Positions 25,271 through 33,399 of a DNA stretch of 43,774 bases are shown here, piece after piece. Location of the stretch: positions 1,091 through 44,864 of the forward strand of contig CAZNQX010000002.1 of the NCBI GenBank assembly GCA_964575135.1, in the 5' to 3' direction. The stretch comes from an uncultured Planctomycetaceae bacterium. GTDB taxonomy: Bacteria > Planctomycetota > Planctomycetia > Planctomycetales > Planctomycetaceae. Every line of letters starts with the position of its first letter. The stretch's first letter is position 1. The notes beneath the pieces are model-generated. The model ran no database searches. It had not been told where the DNA came from and was given only the letters and a program-made list of their open reading frames with translations. The position numbers were made by a program, and so were the translations under genes.

Positions 25271-26247
25271 CCCTTGTGTTCGTTCGCTTCCTGCCATGCG
25301 GCGGCTCCCATCACGCCGGCGTTGTCGCCCAGTTTTGCGGCAACGACCCGAAACTCGTCGCGAAAAGCGTCGATCGTGTGACGACGGGCGGAATCGCTGA
25401 CGCTCGACACGAGCAACTTCGGCATCGCTTCGACGAGGCCGCCCCCCAGTACAATGATATCGGGAGCCAGCAAATTCACGGCACCGGCGACGGTGATTCC
25501 GATCATCTCTCCGGCGTCGACGACCGCCTGACGAACCGCCTCGTCACCGGCTTCAATCGCATCGGCGAGCGCGCCGCTGCGAATGTTGCCGATGTTGGTT
25601 CCGGCCTCCTTCCTCAGATGCGGAGCCTGTCCGCGAAACGCTGCCTGTGCCGCAGTCGCCGCGATCGCCAGTCGACTCGCATACGCTTCAAGTGTGCCCA
25701 TCTGGCCGGTCCCGTCACGCGGACCGACCGGAAAAAGCGGCACGTGGCCGATCTCCATGCAACTCTGTTTGCGACCGCGGAAAATCTCTCCCCGGTAGAT
25801 GCATCCCCCGCCGATACCCGTTCCCGGAAAGACGCCGAGCAGGCAATGCGCCCCGCGTCCGGCTCCGAATCGGTACTCGCCGTAGACACCGACATCGACG
25901 TCGTTGGCGAGCACGGTCGGGCAATCGAACTCCTTTTCGAAGATGGCTTGCAGGGGGACGTCCCGCCAACCGAGATTGACGGCGTCGACCAGCACCCCCT
26001 CGTCAAGATCCAGAACACCGGGGCAGCCGACACCGATGCCGGCAACGCGATCGGGCGAGACGTTCGCATCGTCGAGCGCCCCGCGGATCGTCCGGATCAT
26101 TCGCTCGGCACCGGCTTCGACGCCGAGATGTCCCTTGGATTTCTTTCGATCTTTCCCGATCAGTTTGTAATTCTCGTCAAACACGGCCGCAAACATCTTC
26201 GTGCCGCCGAGATCAAAACCAATTCGTACCGATGTTCCATCCGACAT
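25267..26247 (-). CDS. ROK-family sugar kinase (glucokinase-like) lacking the zinc-cysteine motif
   Basis: ORF 25267..26247. It contains IGFDLGGTKM, LANDVDVGVYGE, GTGIGGG and EIGH. The CxCGxxGCxE positions read DGTGQMGTLE. Confidence 0.9.
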   Translation of the reverse strand: MSDGTSVRIGFDLGGTKMFAAVFDENYKLIGKDRKKSKGHLGVEAGAERMIRTIRGALDDANVSPDRVAGIGVGCPGVLDLDEGVLVDAVNLGWRDVPLQAIFEKEFDCPTVLANDVDVGVYGEYRFGAGRGAHCLLGVFPGTGIGGGCIYRGEIFRGRKQSCMEIGHVPLFPVGPRDGTGQMGTLEAYASRLAIAATAAQAAFRGQAPHLRKEAGTNIGNIRSGALADAIEAGDEAVRQAVVDAGEMIGITVAGAVNLLAPDIIVLGGGLVEAMPKLLVSSVSDSARRHTIDAFRDEFRVVAAKLGDNAGVMGAAAWQEANEHKG

Positions 26248-26353
26248 GCGTTCTGAAATTCCCTTGAGCTTCCAAAGTCAAAATCACGTTTCCGAAACTC
26301 GAAATCCGCGGTCCCGAATCGACCAGGTTGTGAACTGCTCTCAGTCTCAGTTC

Positions 26354-27292
26354 TTACTCGCTTCGGATTTCGAGATTCGATTTTTCGAGAAATCCGTGGC
26401 GCCTCATCCAGCGTTCACACAGTCCGGGCCATTCCGAAAGCACCGGGTCGTCCTCCGCGAGGCCGACGCCGTGACGGCCGTGTTCAAAGATGTGCATCTC
26501 GACCGGCACCTGCTCGCGACGGCAGGCCTCGAAGAAGAGAAGGCTATTCTCAACCGGAACCGCTTTGTCTTCGACGGTGTGGAATAGAAAGACCGGCGGA
26601 GTCTGCCCGGTGACTGCGTTCTGGTTCGAGAGGGACTCGACGAGTTTCGGATCGGGTTCGGGGCCGAGCAGGTTTTTCTTCGATCCGGCGTGCGTCGTGC
26701 CGTCGTGAAGTGTAATCACCGGATAGCAGAGAATCGCAAAGTCGGGTCGGGCGCTTTCCGCGTCGACGCCGTCGGCCGGTTCAATGGGTTTGTCGAGGAA
26801 GTGCGTCGCCGCGGTCGAGGCAAGATGCCCGCCGGCCGAGAAACCGAGAATGCCGACACGGTTTGTGTCTATTTCATATTCAGGAGCGAGCGACCGCACC
26901 GTGCGAACAGCCCGTTGAACGTCGATCAACGGGACGGGGTGCCGGTAGGGTGACAGGCGATAATGGAGTTCAAAGGCCGTCACGCCCAGCGAACTGAGCC
27001 ATTCGCCAATCTGTTTCCCTTCGTGATCGATCGCGAGACCGCCGTAGCCTCCCCCCGGGCAGATGACGATCGCGCAGCCGTTCGCCTTTTCCGGAGCAGG
27101 CCGGTAGACCGTGAGCGTGGGGATGTCCTTCTCGCCGTCCCCGCCGGCCAGGGGGGGCTGCCCCTCCCAGAGCCGCAAGACGGGGCGTTCGAGGGAGCGT
27201 TCCGGGGCACGATTTACGGTTGGTTGGTCCTGTGCCGTCGCGAATTCGCTCAACATCGCTGCGACGAAGAAAGCCGGCAGGAGGCGCGTCAT
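26354..27292 (-). CDS. Secreted alpha/beta-hydrolase (esterase/lipase-type)
   Basis: ORF 26354..27709. I prefer the ATG at 27292, which gives the signal peptide MTRLLPAFFVAAMLSEFATAQ. It contains ICPGGGYGG (oxyanion hole), GFSAGGH (GxSxG) and a C-terminal His block (FEHGRHG). Confidence 0.85.
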   Translation of the reverse strand: MTRLLPAFFVAAMLSEFATAQDQPTVNRAPERSLERPVLRLWEGQPPLAGGDGEKDIPTLTVYRPAPEKANGCAIVICPGGGYGGLAIDHEGKQIGEWLSSLGVTAFELHYRLSPYRHPVPLIDVQRAVRTVRSLAPEYEIDTNRVGILGFSAGGHLASTAATHFLDKPIEPADGVDAESARPDFAILCYPVITLHDGTTHAGSKKNLLGPEPDPKLVESLSNQNAVTGQTPPVFLFHTVEDKAVPVENSLLFFEACRREQVPVEMHIFEHGRHGVGLAEDDPVLSEWPGLCERWMRRHGFLEKSNLEIRSE

Positions 27293-27451
27293 TGGGAAAA
27301 CTCCGGGGCGGATTTCGCCGTACTGTAGCCGATGCATCCGGTACAGGCGAGCGGGTGGAAGCAAAGTGGGTCGGAAGAAAATCCCGTCGTTCTCAAACTC
27401 CCGGCTCCGCTTTTCCCCGCCTCGCGGCGCCGGATCTGCTATCATCCGTCC

Positions 27452-28249
27452 ATGCCGCCCACCGAGCCAATTCCCGACGACGCGTCCCATGACGACGACT
27501 ATTCCCGTGCGGACATCGGCCTGGTCTGCGCGATGTCGATGGAGTTGAATCACTTCTTCGATCGGTGCGAGAAAGTACGAACGCTTTCGGGAGGAGGATT
27601 CCGGTTTCGAGGCGGTCGATTGAACGGCATCCGTGTTGCCGCAGTGGAAAGCGGGCCTGGCCCGGAGCGCGCGGCACGGGCCACGCGGGCATTGCTCGAT
27701 GGCCACCATCCGAACTGGGTCGTCTGCTGTGGTTTCGCCGGGGCGCTGCAGGAAGGGATCAACGTCGGCGACATCGTCGTTTCTCGCGCATTACATCATC
27801 TGGGCGATGAACCCGTCGACACCCCACACGGGATGCCGTCCGATGCGAAGCATGGTTTGCACGTCGGCCCAGTGGTCACCGTCGGACACATCGTGCGAAC
27901 GGTCGTCGAGAAGAAGGAACTGGCGGCGACGACGAACGCGATCGCCTGCGATATGGAGAGCTATGCGGTCGCCGGAGTGTGCCGGGATGCGAACGTCCCG
28001 TTCATGGTGGTGCGGGCCATTACCGACGATCTGTCGGCCGACATTCCGGCTGAAGTGCATACACTGCTGGAAACGACCGGTGCCGGGCGGCTGGGGGCCA
28101 CGGTGGGTGCCTTGTGGAATCGGCCCGGAAGCGTGAAAGACCTCTGGAAGCTTCGCGAGGATGCGGCCGTTGCAGCACGGCGACTGGCGCCGTTTCTGGC
28201 AAGCGTTGTCGAACAGTTGCACGCCGCAAGCCGGGATCATTCCGAATAA
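27452..28249 (+). CDS. PNP_UDP_1-family nucleoside phosphorylase/nucleosidase-like protein
   Basis: ORF 27332..28249. I prefer the ATG at 27452. It contains IGLVCAMSMEL, CCGFAGAL, DMESYAVAG and VVRAITD. Substrate cannot be assigned (MTA/SAH, futalosine or HpnG-type). Confidence 0.7.
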   Translation: MPPTEPIPDDASHDDDYSRADIGLVCAMSMELNHFFDRCEKVRTLSGGGFRFRGGRLNGIRVAAVESGPGPERAARATRALLDGHHPNWVVCCGFAGALQEGINVGDIVVSRALHHLGDEPVDTPHGMPSDAKHGLHVGPVVTVGHIVRTVVEKKELAATTNAIACDMESYAVAGVCRDANVPFMVVRAITDDLSADIPAEVHTLLETTGAGRLGATVGALWNRPGSVKDLWKLREDAAVAARRLAPFLASVVEQLHAASRDHSE

Positions 28250-28326
28250 CCGCGACGGCTGGAATCTCTCGCATTCATCCATCCGCTTTGGCGGCCTCTG
28301 ATTTCCCTGTCGACCGGTTACGAACC

Positions 28327-29109
28327 ATGCGCCACTGGAACCTTGCGGAAACAAACTACGGCCATCTCAAGGACCATCCGGCAGAGGTGGCAGTGCTCGT
28401 GATGGGAGCGACAGAGCCTCACAACCTCCATCTGCCCTACGGCACCGACACGTTCGAGGGAACGGCCATCGCAAGCCGGGCCTGTGAAGCCGCCAGCGAA
28501 CGTGGCGCAAAAGTGGTTCTGCTGCCTTCGATCCCGTTCGGCACACAGACGAACATGGCCGCGTTTCCGCTGGCGATGAATCTGCATCCGACGACTCTGC
28601 TGGCGATCATTCGCGACCTGTGCGGATCGCTCGCCCTGGCGGATGTCCGCAAGCTCGTCATCGTCAACAGCCACGGGGGCAACGATTTCAAGTGGATCCT
28701 GCGGGAACTGGCGAACCAGACGCCGGTGAAGCTGTTTCTGTGCGAATGGTTCCGCGGGCTGTCGGCTGATGTGCAGAAGGAGCTGTTCACGCACCCCGAG
28801 GACCACGCAGGGGAGATGGAAACGTCGCTGATTCTGGCAATCCACCCGGAGCTTGTCGCCCGAAATGACGACGGCTCGCTCCGTGCGGACGACGGGGCCG
28901 TCCGAACGACGCGATTCGCAGCCATCAACGACGGCTGGGTTTCGATCAGCCGACCGTGGCATCTGCTGACGACCAACACCGGCAGCGGCAATCCGCATCA
29001 GGCGAGTGCCGAGAAGGGAAACCGGCTGTTGGAGATCGCGTCAACACGATTGGCCGATTTCCTGGTCGAATTGGCAGCCGCGCCGGTCGATGAGTCCTTT
29101 CCGTTTTGA
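28327..29109 (+). CDS. Creatininase-family amidohydrolase
   Basis: ORF 28114..29109. I prefer the ATG at 28327. It contains GATEPHNLHLPYGTD, VNSHGGN and HAGEMETS. Confidence 0.85.
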   Translation: MRHWNLAETNYGHLKDHPAEVAVLVMGATEPHNLHLPYGTDTFEGTAIASRACEAASERGAKVVLLPSIPFGTQTNMAAFPLAMNLHPTTLLAIIRDLCGSLALADVRKLVIVNSHGGNDFKWILRELANQTPVKLFLCEWFRGLSADVQKELFTHPEDHAGEMETSLILAIHPELVARNDDGSLRADDGAVRTTRFAAINDGWVSISRPWHLLTTNTGSGNPHQASAEKGNRLLEIASTRLADFLVELAAAPVDESFPF

Positions 29110-29201
29110 GTTGTCGGCCGTCGTCGTGTCGCTTACGTTTCTGCCTCAAGCCGGAGGGGCACACCCCCTCCGCATTATCGACGGACAACGAAGGAACGAT
29201 T

Positions 29202-29930
29202 ATGAATCTGTCGGGCAAATCCGCGGTGATCACAGGGGGTGGCTCGGGGATCGGGGCGGCGATCGCACTCGCCTTCGCAGCGGAAGGGGCCGAGGTAATG
29301 ATCGCCGGTCGCAACGCCGAGAAACTCGCCACCGTCGTCGAAGATTCCGACCGCGGAATCATGATTCCATTTCCCTGCGACGTCGCCGACCGTGGACAGG
29401 CGGCGAACCTGATCGCCCATGCGACCGAACGGTTCGGCAAAGTCGACATGCTCGTCAACGCCGCGGGCGTCAATATCGCCCGGCGGCTGATGTCCGAACT
29501 GGAACCGGCCGACTGGGACCGGCTCGTCGCGATCAATGCGACGGGGACGTTCAACACGATTCACGCCGTTCTGCCGCAAATGCGGAAACGCAAGGACGGC
29601 CTGATCATCAACGTCAACTCGATGAGCGGCGTGCGGGCCGGGATGCTCGGCGGCGTCGCTTACAACGCCGGCAAGTTCGCCGTTTCTGCCCTGACGCACA
29701 GCGTCGCCCAGGAAGTGAAGGACGAAGGCATCCGCCTGACGAACCTCTGTCCCGGCGAAGTCGATACCCCGATCCTCAATCAACGCCCCACGCCGGTCTC
29801 CGACGAACACCGGGCACGCATCCTCCAACCCGAAGACGTGGCATCGGTCGCCTTGACGATCGCCTTGCTGCCCCCGCGTGCGAACGTCGTCGAGGTGATC
29901 GTCAAACCAACGATCCAGCCGTTTGCCTGA
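29202..29930 (+). CDS. Classical short-chain dehydrogenase/reductase
   Basis: ORF 29106..29930. I prefer the ATG at 29202, preceded by AAGGAA. It contains TGGGSGIGAA, NAAG, YNAGKFA and CPGEVDTP. Confidence 0.9.
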   Translation: MNLSGKSAVITGGGSGIGAAIALAFAAEGAEVMIAGRNAEKLATVVEDSDRGIMIPFPCDVADRGQAANLIAHATERFGKVDMLVNAAGVNIARRLMSELEPADWDRLVAINATGTFNTIHAVLPQMRKRKDGLIINVNSMSGVRAGMLGGVAYNAGKFAVSALTHSVAQEVKDEGIRLTNLCPGEVDTPILNQRPTPVSDEHRARILQPEDVASVALTIALLPPRANVVEVIVKPTIQPFA

Positions 29931-29971
29931 ACGGCACCCCGCGTGATGGATGAGGGTGGCGGGACAGACTC

Positions 29972-32926
29972 TCAGAACCGCAGTTCGAGCGTGGCGACTT
30001 CGTAGGCGCCCAGATCGACCGAAACGGTCCCGGCTTCGACGAGCAGATCACCGGCAGTCTCGCCGGCGAGCGTCACGAGTCGGGCCGATGTGGGCGATTT
30101 GAAGCAGGCGAGGCGTGCTCGCCTGGCGCGGCCCTCGGTTTCCAGCAGACGAACCTGCAAGCCGCCGGGACCGCCGTCATCAGGCGGCAACGGACGGACG
30201 GAAGTCACCTGCACGTTCCTGGCGTCCACCTGGAAAAACCAGCCTGTTCGCCCGGCAGGCGGTGGCCCGCCCGATGTTTCGACGACGATCGGCGGAACGT
30301 AGGCGTCAAGTGCCGGACGCATCGGATACGGATCGTCGCAGGCGATGACGAAGCGGAACGATCGCGTCGATTCGCCATCGACGATTAACAGGGTATCGAG
30401 CATGCGTTCGCCGGTTCGTCGATGAAACGGAAGTTCGAGTGGCACGATCGTCGTTCGCAGATCCCCCTCGGCGATTTCCAGATAATGCGGCGCATCGAAT
30501 CGGCCGTCGGGTGTCGGCTGCGCCGTTTGTTGAACGCTGCGGGTCAGTACGGCATCCGGGTCGTTCCAGGCGAACCGGCAGGCGTAATAGTTCGTCCACG
30601 GATCCCCCTCGGGCAGGCGCTGCGGATCGAGAACGACGTCCAGTTCGACCACTGGCCGTTCCCGCCAGACGCGAATCGTCTGCCGGAACGTTGCCATGAC
30701 ATCCCCGGAGATCTGATCGATCAGTTCACCGGCCGTGACGGCTTTGGCAAGGGCCGGGCCGTCGCAGGTCAGTTCGACTGACCGGGCACGCATGATTCCG
30801 TAATAGGTGCTTTCAATGTTGCCGTCACCGGATTCGATCTGCCGCTTCCGGGGGAAGCGGTAAGCCAACTGCTGGCTCAGTCGCTTCGGGCTGCGCCCGT
30901 GCCCTTTCAGAAAAGCGATCCCGCCGGTCGTTTCGCTGAGTCGCAGTTCGAAGAACTCGTTACGAAGAGTCAATTCTTCGGCAGTGATCGAACGGTCGCG
31001 TGGTGCGTCCGTGCTGGAATCGCCCGGTAACCACGCAAACCCCGACCCCGGTAATTCGACGACCACGTTGTGCCGCGAGCTGTCGAACTGGATTTGCTTG
31101 ACCGGCCCCTCGAGAACCGGCGGCGAAAATCCTTCGGGGAGTTGGACAACGACCCGACGGGAAAAGGACAAAGGATTGACGATCAGCACCCCCCGGTCGT
31201 GTGGGGAGCCTTGGGCAATCATGGAGGCGAGTGAACCGGCGGCCGCGCTCGTTGCTTCGACCAATTGCCGATCGACCTCCAGGGCCGTTTCCATCTCGGC
31301 ATCGGGTCCGGCCTCTTCGCTGTCATCTTCACGGCGGGCGACCGTGGATGCGTCGTACTCGCTTTGCAGCACGCCCACGATCGACTGCAACCAGTTGACC
31401 GCGTCGAGTTGATGGCGGCGGGTGACGGCGTGACCGAATCGGCCGATCGGATCGGGAAGGCGGCGGGCCACGGCCTGCGTCAGATATGGCGCAAAATAAT
31501 CGGAGGCGCGATGGCGATGCGTCCGCCCCGGTAACTCGCTGTCCTCGAAAAACGTTTCCAGCCCGACGATCCGGCCGAACACCGGCGCATAACGGTGAAT
31601 GCGCCGCAGGTCATCGAGCCACGGCGACGAGACCTCCGGCCACCGGGCAAACATCGCGGCTGCCGTTTGATCCTGCTCCATCGACTCCGCGAGGCGCTGT
31701 GACAGCCGCAGAAAACTGGTGGCACTGTCGGCAGCGAGCGGAATGCGGCTGAAAGCATCGACGCTCACTCCGTCGCAGCCTTCCCAGCGAAAGCGGCTCA
31801 GTTCGTCGTCCGGGTAGTATCCGTCGTCCAGCGCAGCATGAACGGCGTACGGCATCTGTGAGCGTTCGAGCAACTGCGGCAGCAGTGTTGAAAACCCGTA
31901 GCGCCGTCGCGCCCATATCGTCGGTGGGCGACCAAACAATCGCTGGAAGACCGCTCGTCCCCGGTTCAATTCCCACAGGACCGATTCAACGGGAAGCAGC
32001 GATGTCGGCCCTTCACGCATTTCCCCACCGACAAGGCAGAGGTGCTGCTTGTGCCAGTCGGCCGCGAGTCGTTCGACGAGTTCGGGATGTTCGGTGGCGA
32101 TCTGGTCCCAATCGGAGGCCGTGGCCAGCAGGGTCGTTGGTGCGAGCGAAGAGAGTGTTTCCGGGAGCTTGTCTGCCAGTTGCGGCACGACGAGACAGAG
32201 ATCGATCAGATAACTATCAACCGGGAAATAGCGTTCCCGGGCGTCCAGAAGCAGTTCAAAAGCCCGGCTCAGCCGTCGGCGGGCCTGTTCGCAATCGCCC
32301 GCAACCGCCGCCTCGGCGGCTGCGACAACGTCAAGACGCACCGGGCTGCTGTCGAGATTGCTGTAGTAGTGCATCCGCCGGGTCAGCAACTCGAGCTGCA
32401 ACATCGCGGTGCCGAACGCCAGGAAGTCAGCCGCAAGTTCCGCGTCGATCTCCTGACGAGTGCGATCGGCCTGCCGACTGTCTGCGCCGTCGCTGTCCTC
32501 GGCCGGTTCGGCCTTCTGTTCGGTATCCGGCGGGGTAGACGATTCAGCCGTTTCGTTCTGTGCGGTTTCGATCGTTAAAAGCGCTGAGAGAAGTTGCGAG
32601 ACCAGTTCGTCGCGCTCTTCGATGTTTTCAAGGACGACCGCCCCGGAGGCGGTTGCCTCCTCCGACCAGTGGTGCGGCAGCCAGGACGCACAGCAGGCAG
32701 GCACGATGATGATTTTGCCGGTCAGACCGACTGCATCGTCTGTGACGGCGGGAGGTTCGTCGGCCCGCTTCCAGTTCGGCAGTTCACGGGCGGCAGCCAG
32801 CAGAACCGGGTGGTATGCTGCAGAGAAGGCGTTCAGCAGACCTGACGCCTCTGACTCGCCGAGATCGGTCGGGAAATCTTCGAGGCTGTGACAGGGGATG
32901 AGGATCGTGATTTCAGGGCGAATCAT
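29972..32926 (-). CDS. Large GH38 (alpha-mannosidase)-like protein with substituted catalytic motifs
   Basis: ORF 29972..32977. I prefer the ATG at 32926 (MIRPEITILIP). The central block HPELVERL...LVGGEMREGP..LLPVESVLWELNRGRAVFQRLFGRPPTIWARRRYGFSTLLPQLLERSQMPY....FRWEGCDGVSVDAF aligns with the GH38 N-domain consensus as I remember it. The C-terminus is a beta-rich region ending ...VDLGAYEVATLELRF. Confidence 0.75.
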   Translation of the reverse strand: MIRPEITILIPCHSLEDFPTDLGESEASGLLNAFSAAYHPVLLAAARELPNWKRADEPPAVTDDAVGLTGKIIIVPACCASWLPHHWSEEATASGAVVLENIEERDELVSQLLSALLTIETAQNETAESSTPPDTEQKAEPAEDSDGADSRQADRTRQEIDAELAADFLAFGTAMLQLELLTRRMHYYSNLDSSPVRLDVVAAAEAAVAGDCEQARRRLSRAFELLLDARERYFPVDSYLIDLCLVVPQLADKLPETLSSLAPTTLLATASDWDQIATEHPELVERLAADWHKQHLCLVGGEMREGPTSLLPVESVLWELNRGRAVFQRLFGRPPTIWARRRYGFSTLLPQLLERSQMPYAVHAALDDGYYPDDELSRFRWEGCDGVSVDAFSRIPLAADSATSFLRLSQRLAESMEQDQTAAAMFARWPEVSSPWLDDLRRIHRYAPVFGRIVGLETFFEDSELPGRTHRHRASDYFAPYLTQAVARRLPDPIGRFGHAVTRRHQLDAVNWLQSIVGVLQSEYDASTVARREDDSEEAGPDAEMETALEVDRQLVEATSAAAGSLASMIAQGSPHDRGVLIVNPLSFSRRVVVQLPEGFSPPVLEGPVKQIQFDSSRHNVVVELPGSGFAWLPGDSSTDAPRDRSITAEELTLRNEFFELRLSETTGGIAFLKGHGRSPKRLSQQLAYRFPRKRQIESGDGNIESTYYGIMRARSVELTCDGPALAKAVTAGELIDQISGDVMATFRQTIRVWRERPVVELDVVLDPQRLPEGDPWTNYYACRFAWNDPDAVLTRSVQQTAQPTPDGRFDAPHYLEIAEGDLRTTIVPLELPFHRRTGERMLDTLLIVDGESTRSFRFVIACDDPYPMRPALDAYVPPIVVETSGGPPPAGRTGWFFQVDARNVQVTSVRPLPPDDGGPGGLQVRLLETEGRARRARLACFKSPTSARLVTLAGETAGDLLVEAGTVSVDLGAYEVATLELRF

Positions 32927-33100
32927 CGGCCTTTCGCGGAGACGGCGGGACCACGAAACCCGGGGCGGACCTTTCATACCCCGGCGGGCTGCGTCATGAT
33001 ATCGGAGTAGCCGGGAACTTTCCCGCCGGTGGCGTCGTCAAAGGGGTGGCGAACGGGTGACCGTCGCCCGGACCCGAGGCGGTTCGATCCGGTTTTTTGG

Positions 33101-33130
33101 TTGACTTTTTGCGAATCACGGTGATAGCGT
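33101..33130 (+). promoter_or_regulatory. Candidate sigma70-type promoter for the pilM-like operon
   Basis: TTGACT (33101-33106), 18-nt spacer, then TG-a-TAGCGT (extended -10-like, hexamer 33125-33130). A T6 run lies upstream and could act as an UP-like element. Pattern match only; planctomycete promoter rules are poorly known. Confidence 0.2.
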
Positions 33131-33245
33131 TCAATACGTCCGATCGGGTTGTCCGCGCGGTTTCGCGGGGACCGATGCCGGTTTCGGGCAGTTTCCTTTC
33201 CTGATTCCAATCGAATCGTCTGCAATCTGGCACAGGTGTCCGCCT

Positions 33246-33273
33246 TGACGCGTTGGAGGATGACGCGTTGGAG
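33246..33273. promoter_or_regulatory. Exact 13-bp direct repeat with 15-bp period in the divergent control region
   Basis: tgacgcgttggag (33246-33258), ga, tgacgcgttggag (33261-33273). Each copy contains the ACGCGT palindrome. The repeat lies ~125 nt upstream of the pilM-like start. Confidence 0.5.
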
Positions 33274-33399
33274 ATCGACCGGTCAGAACACGGGCGCCGG
33301 ATTCACCGGCGACCACAGGCATTCACAATTGACTATCGTTAGCAACCGCAGAACCGTTTCGGGCGCCCGCTTGCGGCGCACCGGCCGGGAGTGACGACT

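Noticed and set aside
33081-33098. GGTTCGATCC followed by a T-run, resembling a tRNA T-arm.
   Set aside because: Only 3 bp of T-stem can be formed, and no acceptor, D or anticodon arms are present upstream. It is not a tRNA.
33228-33243. Sigma54-like element: a perfect -24 TGGCAC followed by ...CCGC.
   Set aside because: The GC of the -12 element is one base further from the GG than the strict sigma54 spacing allows, and TTGC is absent.
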